This document shows positions 1 through 8,134 of a stretch of DNA of 64,000 nucleotides, one piece after another. The translations under genes and the position numbers were made by a program. Numbering within the stretch: the stretch's first letter is position 1; each line of letters starts with the position of its first letter. Under the pieces are notes generated by a model that saw nothing but the letters and a program-made list of their open reading frames with translations, ran no database searches and was not told where the DNA came from. The stretch is from an uncultured Actinomycetes bacterium (lineage in GTDB: Bacteria; Actinomycetota; Thermoleophilia; Gaiellales; JAICJC01). The stretch covers positions 163,946 through 227,945 of the forward strand of contig CAWJLQ010000011.1 in the NCBI GenBank assembly GCA_963843705.1. The letters run 5' to 3'.

Positions 1-503
1 GGCGCTGGACGCAGGGACTGGGCTTCACCCACGTCGAGGTGTCCGACGGCACGATCCAGATCGAGCGCGACTCCAAGCTCGAGCTGATCTCCTCGCTCGC
101 GGAGGAGTTCGTCGTGCTCTCCGAGGTCGGATCCAAGGACGCCGAGTGCGTCTACGCCCCCTACCAGTGGGTGGTGTGGATCAAGGAGGAGCTCGAGGCG
201 GGCGCCGCCAAGGTGATCACCGAGGCGCGCGAGGGCGGCACGGCCGGCATCTTCCGCGGCACGGGCGAGGTGCGCTCGGGGCTGATCGACGAGATCGTGC
301 ACGAGGTGCCGCTCGACAACCTCCTCTTCGAGGCGCCGCAGAAGGATCAGCAGGCCTGGTTCATCCGCCACCTCGGCCCCGACGTGAACCTGGGCAACAT
401 CCCGCCCGAGGAGGTCATCCCGCTCGAGACGCTGCGGCTGGGGCTGCGCTCGGACACGATGGCCGACCTGCTCCTGCGCGACCTGCCCACACCGTCTGCA
501 TGA
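1..503 (+). CDS. comA: (2R)-phospho-3-sulfolactate synthase (ComA family), C-terminal part; the 5' end lies outside the window
   Basis: The frame of ORF 39..503 stays open to the window edge. ComA-like motifs are present (VEVSDGTI, LSEVGSKD, VITEAREGGTAGIF). GC3 is high. The stop overlaps the cysH start (ATGA at 500-503). Confidence 0.7.
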   Translation, partial: RWTQGLGFTHVEVSDGTIQIERDSKLELISSLAEEFVVLSEVGSKDAECVYAPYQWVVWIKEELEAGAAKVITEAREGGTAGIFRGTGEVRSGLIDEIVHEVPLDNLLFEAPQKDQQAWFIRHLGPDVNLGNIPPEEVIPLETLRLGLRSDTMADLLLRDLPTPSA

Positions 504-1207
504 GCGCCGTCCTGCCCATGTCCGCAGAGGAGGCGCAGCGCCTCGCGGACGAGTACGAGTCGCGCCCGGCGGAGGATCTCCTGCGCTTCACGGCCGACCG
601 GTTCGGGGCGCGCGTCGTCCTGACGTGCTCGTGGCAGAAGCAGAGCTCGGTGCTCGTGCACATGGTCTCGGAGGTGGCGCCGGAGATGCGGGTGGTGGAG
701 TTCGACACCGGCCTGCTCTTCCCCGAGACGTACGAGACGCGCGAGCGGCTGATCGCCCGCTATCCGGTCCGGTTCGAGCGGATCGAGCCCGAGCTGACCG
801 TCCCCGAGCAGGCCGAGGCGCACGGCGACCGGCTGTGGGAGCGGGATCCCGACGCCTGCTGCGCGATGCGCAAGGTGGCGCCGCTCGAGCGGGCGCTGCA
901 GGGCATGGACGCCTGGGTGACGGGAATTCGCCGGGACCAGTCGACAACTCGCCAAAACGCACGCAAAATCGAGCTGGACGAGCGTCGCGGCGTGATCAAG
1001 GTGCAACCGCTGGCCGACTGGACAAGCCGCGACGTCTGGCGCTATATCTGGAGGCACGGCATCCCTTACAACCCCCTGCACGATCACGGGTATCCGTCCA
1101 TCGGATGCGTGCCGTGCACCACGTCGGTGGCCGGCATGCAGTCCGACGAGCGGGCGGGGCGCTGGCGGGGCACGGGCAAGATCGAGTGCGGCCTGCACGG
1201 CCGCTGA
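500..1207 (+). CDS. cysH: Adenylylsulfate (APS) reductase, thioredoxin-dependent, Fe-S type (PAPS reductase fold)
   Basis: Internal ATG at 500, in frame with ORF 146..1207. Motifs seen: CC (DACCAMRKV), CxxC (SIGCVPCT) and the C-terminal ECGLH. Confidence 0.9.
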   Translation: MSAVLPMSAEEAQRLADEYESRPAEDLLRFTADRFGARVVLTCSWQKQSSVLVHMVSEVAPEMRVVEFDTGLLFPETYETRERLIARYPVRFERIEPELTVPEQAEAHGDRLWERDPDACCAMRKVAPLERALQGMDAWVTGIRRDQSTTRQNARKIELDERRGVIKVQPLADWTSRDVWRYIWRHGIPYNPLHDHGYPSIGCVPCTTSVAGMQSDERAGRWRGTGKIECGLHGR

Positions 1208-1262
1208 CGGCTAGTACTTCACTCAAAGAAATGACGCGAATTCCAGGAAAGGACTGAGCAGC

Positions 1263-1832
1263 GTGCACGAGAACACCCAAGGCTTCACCCTCTGGTTCAC
1301 CGGACTCTCCGGCTCCGGCAAGACGACCATCGCCCGCATCGTCGGGCCCGAGATCGAGCGCCGCGGCGTCCAGGTCGACCATCTCGACGGTGATGTCGTC
1401 CGCACGCACCTGAGCAAGGGCCTCGGCTTCTCCCGCGAGGACCGCGATGCGAACATCCTTCGCATCGGCTTCGTGTCGAAGCTCCTGACCCGCCACGGCG
1501 CCGGCGTCATCGTCGCCGCCATCTCCCCCTACGCCGAGACGCGCGACCTCGTGCGCGACATGGTCGCGCCGGTCGGCAACTTCGTCGAGGTGTACGTGGC
1601 GACGTCGCTCGAGGAGTGCGCCCGCCGCGACGTCAAGGGCCTCTACGCCAAGGCGTTCGCCGGCGAGCTGAAGGAGTTCACGGGCGTGAGCGACCCGTAC
1701 GAGGCGCCCGAGCAGGCCGAGATCGTCGTCGAGACGGAGGGCCGCAGCCCGGAGGAGTCGGCGGGGTTTGTCCTGGCCGAGCTGGAGCGGCTGAACATCA
1801 TCCCCCCGGTACTCGAGGAGGCGGTCGCCTGA
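1263..1832 (+). CDS. cysC: Adenylylsulfate kinase
   Basis: P-loop GLSGSGKTT and the typical APS kinase length. GTG start preceded by AGGAAAGGA in an AT-richer spacer. Confidence 0.9.
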   Translation: MHENTQGFTLWFTGLSGSGKTTIARIVGPEIERRGVQVDHLDGDVVRTHLSKGLGFSREDRDANILRIGFVSKLLTRHGAGVIVAAISPYAETRDLVRDMVAPVGNFVEVYVATSLEECARRDVKGLYAKAFAGELKEFTGVSDPYEAPEQAEIVVETEGRSPEESAGFVLAELERLNIIPPVLEEAVA

Positions 1833-2998
1833 TGGCTTCCCAGACCACCGCGCGCAGGAGCGGGACGGTGATCGCCCCGCACGGCGGGGAGCTCGTCAAC
1901 CGCACCGTCACGGGCGCCGAGGCCGCCGCCCTGGCCGAGGAGGCTCAGGGCCTGCCCCGGGTGCACATGACCGAGAAGCAGACGGCCGACCTGGACATGA
2001 TCGCGTCGGGCGCGCTCTCGCCGCTGACCGGGTTCATGGTCCAGGCCGACTACGACCGCGTGGTCGAGGACATGCACCTCGAGAGCGGGCTGCCCTGGGC
2101 GCTGCCCGTGACGCTGTCGGTGCCGGAGCGGCCCTCGGCCGGCCGCCTGGCGCTCGAGGGGTACGAGGGTGATCTCCTGGCCGTGATCGACGTCGCGGAC
2201 GTGTTCGAGGCCGACCGCCGCAACGAGGCGGCGAAGGTGTTCCGCACCACCGAGGACGCGCACCCGGGCGTCGCCCAGGTGTACGCAGAGGGCAGCATCC
2301 TGGTGGGCGGGCCGATCACCGTGTTCAAGCGGCCGGAGCCGTCGTTCCCGGGGCTGCACATGGATCCGGCCGACACGCGTGCGGTCTTCGCGGAGCGCGG
2401 CTGGAGCCGTATCGTCGGGTTCCAGACGCGCAACCCCGTCCACCGCGCGCACGAGTACATCCAGAAGTGCGCGCTGGAGACGGTCGACGGCCTGCTCCTG
2501 CATCCCCTCGTGGGCAAGACCAAGGGCGACGACGTGCCCGCCGAGGTGCGCGTCCGCTGCTACGAGGTGTTGCTCGAGAAGTACTACCCCGCCGACCGCA
2601 CCGTGCTGTCCGCGTTCCCGGCGGCGATGCGCTACGCCGGCCCTCGCGAGGCGGTGTGGCACGCGATCTGCCGCAAGAACTACGGCTGTTCGCACTTCAT
2701 CGTCGGCCGCGACCACGCCGGCGTCGGCAGCTACTACGGCACGTACGACGCGCACCTGATCTTCGACCAGTTCGAGCCCCACGAGCTCGACGTCGAGCCG
2801 ATGTTCTTCGACCACACGTTCTTCTGCCGGACGTGCGGCAACATGGCGTCGGCGAAGACCTGCCCTCACCCGTCGGACGCCCACGTGCACCTGTCCGGCA
2901 CGAAGGTGCGGGAGATGCTCGGCCAGGGCGTCGTCCCGCCGGTCGAGTTCAGCCGCCCGGAGGTGGCGCAGGTGCTGATCGAGGCGTACCGCACCTAG
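1832..2998 (+). CDS. sat: Sulfate adenylyltransferase (ATP sulfurylase, homo-oligomeric Sat type)
   Basis: ATG at 1832 overlaps the cysC stop. Motifs QTRNPVHRAHEY and GRDHAG are present. Confidence 0.9.
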   Translation: MASQTTARRSGTVIAPHGGELVNRTVTGAEAAALAEEAQGLPRVHMTEKQTADLDMIASGALSPLTGFMVQADYDRVVEDMHLESGLPWALPVTLSVPERPSAGRLALEGYEGDLLAVIDVADVFEADRRNEAAKVFRTTEDAHPGVAQVYAEGSILVGGPITVFKRPEPSFPGLHMDPADTRAVFAERGWSRIVGFQTRNPVHRAHEYIQKCALETVDGLLLHPLVGKTKGDDVPAEVRVRCYEVLLEKYYPADRTVLSAFPAAMRYAGPREAVWHAICRKNYGCSHFIVGRDHAGVGSYYGTYDAHLIFDQFEPHELDVEPMFFDHTFFCRTCGNMASAKTCPHPSDAHVHLSGTKVREMLGQGVVPPVEFSRPEVAQVLIEAYRT

Positions 2999-3006
2999 AA
3001 GACCCG

Positions 3007-3037
3007 GGGGCGGGCGGGCGAAGGGCCTGCCCGCCCC
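3007..3037 (+). terminator. GC-rich hairpin after sat (GGGGCGGGC ... GCCCGCCCC), followed by CTTGCATTCT
   Basis: 9-bp perfect stem at 3007-3015/3029-3037, with extra pairs possible in the loop. It sits 9 nt after the sat stop. Confidence 0.5.
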
Positions 3038-3065
3038 TTGCATTCTCCACAATGTCACTTACACT
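3038..3065 (+). promoter_or_regulatory. Putative promoter of the first tauE/safE copy: -35 TTGCAT, 16-nt spacer, -10 TACACT
   Basis: Hexamers at 3038-3043 and 3060-3065. The same TTGCATTCYCCAC box recurs exactly 1100 bp downstream. Confidence 0.5.
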
Positions 3066-3101
3066 GGTCGGGAAAATGGGATACCGCGAAGGGCAGTCGC
3101 A

Positions 3102-3899
3102 ATGACCGGCGCCGAACTGATCGCCGCCGGCCTCGTGGTCGGGGTGCTCGTGGGCAGCACGGGCATGGGCGCCGGGTCGTTGATGGCGCCGCTCCTCATC
3201 AGCATGTTCGGCGTCTCCGCCGTGGCGGCGGTCGGCACCGACCTGCTGTACTCGGCCGGCACGAAGCTCGTCGGCGGGCTGCGCCACCTCAGCCTGCGCA
3301 CGGTCAGCGTCGAGATCTCGCTGTGGATGGCGGCCGGGAGCGTGCCGGCGTCCGTGCTCGGCGTGATCACGCTGAACCGCTTGGCCGCCTCGCGCGGCGC
3401 CGCCATCCAGAGCGACATGAGGGTGGTCATCGGACTCGCGCTCATGCTGGTCGCCGTCACCGTGGCCGTGCGCACGTTCGTCACGATCCGCGGCCTGTGG
3501 GACGCGACCAAGCTGCCGGCCGACGGCGACGTGATGAACCACCACCGGGTGCTGGCGCTCGTGACCGGCGTCGGGTTCGGGTTCGTCTTCGGCCTGACGT
3601 CGGTGGGCGCGGGCGCATTCTTCGGCATGGCGCTCGTCACGCTGTTCCCGCTCTCGGCCCGCCGCGTCGTCGGCACCGACCTCTTCCACGGCGCCCTGGT
3701 CACGTGCGCCGCAGCCGTGGCGTCGTACTTCCTGCTGCCGTCGATGCACGTCTCGAGCATCGGCTTCCTGATGGCAGGCTCGATCCCGGGCATCCTGATC
3801 GGCTCGCAGCTCACCGTCACGCTGCCCGAGAAGGCCCTGCGCGGCTCGCTCGCAAGCGTGCTGGCGCTCTCGAGCCTGAAGATGCTGGGCGCCTTCTAG
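3102..3899 (+). CDS. TauE/SafE (TSUP, DUF81) family sulfite/sulfonate exporter, copy 1
   Basis: Polytopic membrane protein with TSUP-type Gly-rich helices (GSTGMGAGSLMAPLL, PLSARRVVGTDL). It is a paralogue of 4208..4990. Confidence 0.85.
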   Translation: MTGAELIAAGLVVGVLVGSTGMGAGSLMAPLLISMFGVSAVAAVGTDLLYSAGTKLVGGLRHLSLRTVSVEISLWMAAGSVPASVLGVITLNRLAASRGAAIQSDMRVVIGLALMLVAVTVAVRTFVTIRGLWDATKLPADGDVMNHHRVLALVTGVGFGFVFGLTSVGAGAFFGMALVTLFPLSARRVVGTDLFHGALVTCAAAVASYFLLPSMHVSSIGFLMAGSIPGILIGSQLTVTLPEKALRGSLASVLALSSLKMLGAF

Positions 3900-4106
3900 A
3901 TCGTTGATTCCGAGTTCGACGCGCGCCTGGACGCACGGACGGCTCACCGCACGGCGTCGCGCTGGTGGCGCTGCGGCTGCGAACCGTCGCATCGCTGCGT
4001 CCTCGGTCGCGCCCATACGACCAGGTATGACCGCTCCCTGCGTCCTTGCGCTGCTCGGTTCGCAGCCGCCCAGGACATCACGTGAATTCGGAATCAACGA
4101 TCTAGA
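3895..4106. repeat. 212-bp element bounded by 23-bp terminal inverted repeats (22 of 23 matched), with a nested 14-bp inverted repeat
   Basis: TCTAGATCGTTGATTCCGAGTTC at 3895-3917 versus GAATTCGGAATCAACGATCTAGA at 4084-4106. Inner pair GCGGCTGCGAACCG at 3973-3986 versus 4056-4069. Confidence 0.6.
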
Positions 4107-4137
4107 GGCTGCCGGGGGCGTTCGCCGCACATCCGGC

Positions 4138-4165
4138 TTGCATTCCCCACTACTTCGGTTATATT
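4138..4165 (+). promoter_or_regulatory. Putative promoter of the second tauE/safE copy: -35 TTGCAT, 16-nt spacer, -10 TATATT
   Basis: Hexamers at 4138-4143 and 4160-4165 in a locally AT-richer stretch. Confidence 0.5.
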
Positions 4166-4207
4166 AGTCGGAATAGTGGAGAACGTGGGGCGAGGGGAGC
4201 GGGCACG

Positions 4208-4990
4208 ATGAATCCTGGACTGACGGCGGCGGGCCTTGCGGTCGGACTTCTGGTGGGTCTCACCGGGATGGGCGCGGGGTCGCTGATGACGCCGATCCTG
4301 ATCAGCGTGTTCGGCATCCCGGCCGGGACGGCGGTCGGCACCGACCTGGTCTACTCGGCGATCACGAAGACGTTCGGCGCCGCCCGCCACACCCAGCTGC
4401 GCAACGTGAACCCGCAGCTCGCGCTGTGGATGGCGACCGGCAGCGTCCCCGCCGCGTTCCTCGGCACCTTCACGCTGTACAACCTGCTCGGCGCGAACAT
4501 CGACGCATGGCTGCCGAACGTCATCGGCTATGCCCTGATCCTGGTCGGGATCGCGGTGGCCGTGCGGACGTTCGTCACCATCCGCGGCCTGTGGGACACC
4601 TCCCGGCTGCCCACCGACGGCGACCTGACGCGGCGGCACAAGATCCTCGCCCTCTCGATCGGCGCCGTGTTCGGGTTCATCCTCGGCGTCACCTCGGTCG
4701 GCTCGGGGGTCTTCTTCGGGATGGCGCTCGTGACGGTCTTCCCGCTGTCCGCCCGGCGGGTGGTCGGCACCGACCTGCTGCACGCCATGATGGTGACCAC
4801 CGCCGCGGCGGCCGGCACGATCGTCTGGGGCACGCCCGACTACGGCAACGTCGGCAGCATCCTGATCGGCTCGATCCCGGGCATCCTGGTCGGCTCCCAC
4901 TTCACCGCCCGCATGCCCGAGCGCGCCCTGCGGGGCAGCATCGCCAGCGTGCTCGCCCTCTCCGGCATGAAGCTGCTCGGCGCGTTCTGA
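4208..4990 (+). CDS. TauE/SafE (TSUP, DUF81) family sulfite/sulfonate exporter, copy 2
   Basis: Collinear with copy 1, roughly 60% identical by eye. Both end in the same C-terminal motif, K(M/L)LGAF. Confidence 0.85.
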   Translation: MNPGLTAAGLAVGLLVGLTGMGAGSLMTPILISVFGIPAGTAVGTDLVYSAITKTFGAARHTQLRNVNPQLALWMATGSVPAAFLGTFTLYNLLGANIDAWLPNVIGYALILVGIAVAVRTFVTIRGLWDTSRLPTDGDLTRRHKILALSIGAVFGFILGVTSVGSGVFFGMALVTVFPLSARRVVGTDLLHAMMVTTAAAAGTIVWGTPDYGNVGSILIGSIPGILVGSHFTARMPERALRGSIASVLALSGMKLLGAF

Positions 4991-5019
4991 GGCCGCAGCC
5001 CGTTCTCACGAGCCGGCCG

Positions 5020-5025
5020 TACAAT
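5020..5025 (+). promoter_or_regulatory. -10-like TACAAT, 8 nt upstream of GTG 5034 (leaderless candidate)
   Basis: TAnnnT hexamer in an otherwise GC-rich context. Confidence 0.4.
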
Positions 5026-5033
5026 CCGCCCTC

Positions 5034-5729
5034 GTGTCGCAGAAGCGCACCGGGTATCTGGTCATCGCCGCACTGCTCGCGGTCTCGGGCGTCGCGTTCC
5101 TGCGCGCCGAGCAGCTGAAGCTGCAGCACTCACCGGTCGGCGCCGTGCACATTCCCAAGCAGTTCTCGACCACCTGCCCCCTGCATGGCAACTCCCGCTG
5201 CCGCGCCCACGCGGCGCGGCTCGGCTTCCGCCTGCGCCAGCCGAGCCGGATCGCGCTTGCGATCGTGGACGGCTCGGGGGCCGTCGTCGACCGCATCGGA
5301 CCGGCGGCGGGCACGCGCCGGCCGCGGGGACCGGTCACCGTGGCCTGGAACGGACACACGACCGCGGGCGCGACGGCGGCCGACGGCACCTACCACCTGC
5401 GCGTCTCCCTGCTCACGCTGCATCGCACCATCACGATCCCCGATCCGGTCGAGCTCGACAACACGGCACCGACGATCGTCCTCGCCGGCGGCCCGGGCCG
5501 GCTGCCGCTGCGCTACCGCACGAGCGAGCCCGCCGTCGTGTTCGCGCACGCCCACGGCGTGGGCGGGGACGCCGGCCGCGCGGCGCTCTTCCGCGGACGC
5601 GGCGGCACCGTGCACTTCCGGCGCACGCGCATGAACGGGGCGCGGGTCCGGATCACGCTGGTCGCGGTCGACCGGGCCGGGAACGCGTCGGCGCCCCTCG
5701 ATGCGGGCGTCATCCGCCTGCCGGGCTGA
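5034..5729 (+). CDS. Membrane-anchored hypothetical protein with a FlgD-Ig-like (FlgD_ig) beta-sandwich segment
   Basis: N-terminal TM helix. The segment VAWNGHTTAGATAADGTYHLRV resembles the FlgD Ig-like motif. GC3 is high. Confidence 0.5.
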   Translation: MSQKRTGYLVIAALLAVSGVAFLRAEQLKLQHSPVGAVHIPKQFSTTCPLHGNSRCRAHAARLGFRLRQPSRIALAIVDGSGAVVDRIGPAAGTRRPRGPVTVAWNGHTTAGATAADGTYHLRVSLLTLHRTITIPDPVELDNTAPTIVLAGGPGRLPLRYRTSEPAVVFAHAHGVGGDAGRAALFRGRGGTVHFRRTRMNGARVRITLVAVDRAGNASAPLDAGVIRLPG

Positions 5730-5730
5730 G

Positions 5731-5736
5731 TAAAGT
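5731..5736 (+). promoter_or_regulatory. -10-like TAAAGT, 8 nt upstream of ATG 5745
   Basis: TAnnnT hexamer at leaderless spacing. Confidence 0.4.
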
Positions 5737-5744
5737 CCGGCGCC

Positions 5745-6380
5745 ATGATCTCCGCCGGCCGCTCCGTGATCGTGCTCGCCCCACACACCGACGACGGCGA
5801 GTTCGGCGCCGGCGGGACGATCGCGCGCCTCGTCGAGGCCGGCGCGCAGGTGCGGTACGTCGCCTTCTCGACCGCCTCGCGGTCGCTTCCCGCCGGGTTC
5901 CCGGCCGACACGCTCGCCCACGAGGTGCGCGCGGCCACGACCGCCCTCGGCATCCCGACCGAGAACCTGACCGTCCACGACTTCGAGGTGCGCACCTTCC
6001 CGAGCGCACGCCAGGACATCCTGGAGATCCTGGTGGCGATGAACGCCGACCTGCGCCCCGACCTCGTGCTCACACCGTCCCTCGGAGACATCCACCAGGA
6101 CCACGAGACCGTCGCGCGGGAGAGCATGCGTGCGTTCAAGCGCACGACGCTGCTCGGCTACGAGATCCCGTGGAACTGCTTCAACTTCCGCCAGCAGGCC
6201 TACGTGGAGCTCGAACCCGCCCACCTCGACCGCAAGGTGGCGGCGCTGCAGTGCTACCGCAGCCAGGCGCACCGCAACTACGCGAACGAGGAGTACGTCC
6301 GCAACGTGGCCCGCACCCGCGGCATCGAGGGCGGCCGGGCGCTGGCCGAGGTCTTCGAGGTCTACCGCTGGTTCATGTGA
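5745..6380 (+). CDS. PIG-L/LmbE family N-acetylglucosaminyl deacetylase
   Basis: Motifs APHTDDGEFGAGG and HQDH. Confidence 0.8.
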   Translation: MISAGRSVIVLAPHTDDGEFGAGGTIARLVEAGAQVRYVAFSTASRSLPAGFPADTLAHEVRAATTALGIPTENLTVHDFEVRTFPSARQDILEILVAMNADLRPDLVLTPSLGDIHQDHETVARESMRAFKRTTLLGYEIPWNCFNFRQQAYVELEPAHLDRKVAALQCYRSQAHRNYANEEYVRNVARTRGIEGGRALAEVFEVYRWFM

Positions 6381-6405
6381 GCGGGGGGCCGCCCGCGGCC
6401 GGTGA

Positions 6406-6429
6406 ATAACGGGTGCCAGGCACCTTTAT
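6406..6429. terminator. Hairpin between the convergent genes LmbE and ATL; belongs to the GAATA-GGTGCCWGGCACC palindrome family
   Basis: ATAA(C)GGGTG-CCAGG-CACCTTTAT, about 9 bp with one bulge. It overlaps the ATL stop codon. Confidence 0.45.
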
Positions 6430-6785
6430 GCACGCGAGCGCGGGCCGGGCCACCAGGGAATCGGGTCGGCGACGTGGCCGCTCGCAACCCGCACGCCCTC
6501 CGAGCGCAGGCGTTCGGCGTGCTCGGCCTCGTGGCCGGGGACGAGCCGGCCCACCGCGCTCACGACGCGATGCCACGGCAGCTCGCCGTCGCAGTTCGCC
6601 ATCACCCGGCCCACGGCCCGGGGCGCCTCCGGCTTCCCGACCCACTCGGCCACACGGCCGTAGCTCGCGACGGTGCCCGCCGGGATCCGGCCCACCAGCC
6701 GCTCGACGCGGCGCTCGAACGCCGTCGGCGGTGTGACGACGCGAAAGCCGGGTGGAAGGGCCTCGCCGTCCAATCGGGCGCACAT
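6426..6785 (-). CDS. Alkyltransferase-like protein (ATL; MGMT DNA-binding fold in which the active-site Cys is replaced by Trp)
   Basis: PWHRVV replaces the PCHRVV of Ogt/Ada. ATG at 6785 was chosen because TACGAT lies 6 nt upstream. The ORF track allows a start at 6836. Confidence 0.75.
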   Translation of the reverse strand: MCARLDGEALPPGFRVVTPPTAFERRVERLVGRIPAGTVASYGRVAEWVGKPEAPRAVGRVMANCDGELPWHRVVSAVGRLVPGHEAEHAERLRSEGVRVASGHVADPIPWWPGPRSRA

Positions 6786-6791
6786 GCCCCG

Positions 6792-6797
6792 ATCGTA
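6792..6797 (-). promoter_or_regulatory. -10-like TACGAT, 6 nt upstream of the ATL ATG at 6785
   Basis: TAnnnT hexamer at leaderless spacing. Confidence 0.4.
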
Positions 6798-6836
6798 TCC
6801 CCCGTCGGAGCGGGCGGTGCCGGGCCGGCCGCTCAC

Positions 6837-6842
6837 TACACT
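6837..6842 (+). promoter_or_regulatory. -10-like TACACT, 8 nt upstream of GTG 6851
   Basis: TAnnnT hexamer at leaderless spacing. Confidence 0.4.
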
Positions 6843-6850
6843 GATCCTCC

Positions 6851-8134
6851 GTGCGCCTGCTCCTGATCGCGTTCTACTTCCCTCCGGCGGGCGGTGGCGG
6901 CGTCCAGCGCACGCTCAAGTTCTGCCGCCACCTGCCCGCGTTCGGCGTCGATGTCGACGTGCTCGCCCCCACCGATCCCAAGTGGTTCGCGCTCGACGAG
7001 CCGCTCGCGCGCGAGATCCCGCCCGAGACGACCGTCCACCGCACGCCGTTCCTGGGGCCGCGCTCCACGTTCCGGGCCGACGCGCTGCGCACCGCGACCG
7101 GCGTGCGCCGGGCCGCGGTGCACGCCCGCTACGCCTACGAGCGGGCGCTCGTCCCCGACAAGGCCGCTCCCTGGGCGCTCACGGCCGTGCCCGCGGCCAT
7201 CCGGATCGTCCGCCGGCGGCGGATCGACGCGATCATGACCACCTCTCCGCCGGCCTCCGTCCACCTGATCGGGGCCGCGGTCGCCGCCGCCACCCGCGTC
7301 CCCTGGGTCGCCGACCTGCGCGACTCCTGGCTCGACCACCCGCACCGGACGTACGACAGCCGCGGACTGCGGGCCAAGCGCGCCGTGGAGCGGCGGATGG
7401 CGCGCACCGTCGCCCGCCGCGCGAGCGCGATCGTGGCGGTCACCGAGCCCATCGCCGCCGAGATGCGCGCGCTGGACGGCAGCGCCGCGGGCAAGACCCA
7501 CGTGATCGGGCACGGCGTCGACCTGGACGACTTCGCCGGCCTGGAGCACGACCCGGCCGAGCGGTTCACGATCGTGCATACGGGCGCGTTCTTCGGCCAG
7601 CGCACGCCGCGCACGTTCCTCACCGGCCTGCGCGACCTGCTCCAGCGCCGTCCCGACCTGCGCGGGCGCGTGCGCGCCCGGTTCGTCGGCGACCTGCGTG
7701 CGTCCGACCGCGAGTGGGCGCGCGGCCTCGGCATCGACGACGCCTGGGAGGAGACCGGGTTCGTGCCCTTCCGTGAGGCGGTCGCGGCCCAGCGTGCGGC
7801 CGATGCGCTGCTGCTCCTGATCCCGCACAACAAGGGCCGCGGCGACACCATCGTGTCCGGCAAGGTGTACGAGTACCTGGCGGCCCGGCGGCCGGTGCTG
7901 GCGGCGGTGCCGCCGGGGGGCGCGGCCGCCGACCTCGTCCGCGCCGCCGGCGCCGGTGAGGTCGTGGACGCCGACGACGCGGCCGGCCAGTCGCGCGTCC
8001 TCGAGGCACTCGTCGACCGCCGCGACGGCGGCGGCCTGCCGGATGTCGCGCTGCCGGACGGCCTGCGCGAGCGGATGACGCGGCGGGCACGGGCGGAGGA
8101 GCTCGCCGAGGTGCTGCGCGGGGTGGTCGCGTGA
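6851..8134 (+). CDS. Glycosyltransferase, GT4-like (GT-B fold)
   Basis: N-terminus MRLLLIAFYFPPAGGGGVQR and a C-terminal EGFG-like region typical of GT4 enzymes. Confidence 0.75.
   Translation: MRLLLIAFYFPPAGGGGVQRTLKFCRHLPAFGVDVDVLAPTDPKWFALDEPLAREIPPETTVHRTPFLGPRSTFRADALRTATGVRRAAVHARYAYERALVPDKAAPWALTAVPAAIRIVRRRRIDAIMTTSPPASVHLIGAAVAAATRVPWVADLRDSWLDHPHRTYDSRGLRAKRAVERRMARTVARRASAIVAVTEPIAAEMRALDGSAAGKTHVIGHGVDLDDFAGLEHDPAERFTIVHTGAFFGQRTPRTFLTGLRDLLQRRPDLRGRVRARFVGDLRASDREWARGLGIDDAWEETGFVPFREAVAAQRAADALLLLIPHNKGRGDTIVSGKVYEYLAARRPVLAAVPPGGAAADLVRAAGAGEVVDADDAAGQSRVLEALVDRRDGGGLPDVALPDGLRERMTRRARAEELAEVLRGVVA

Noticed and set aside
3904-4167. 87-aa ORF inside the inverted-repeat element between the tauE copies
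   Set aside because: Its composition is Arg/Ala-rich with no GC3 periodicity. It spans the right repeat arm and the tauE2 promoter, so it is more likely non-coding.
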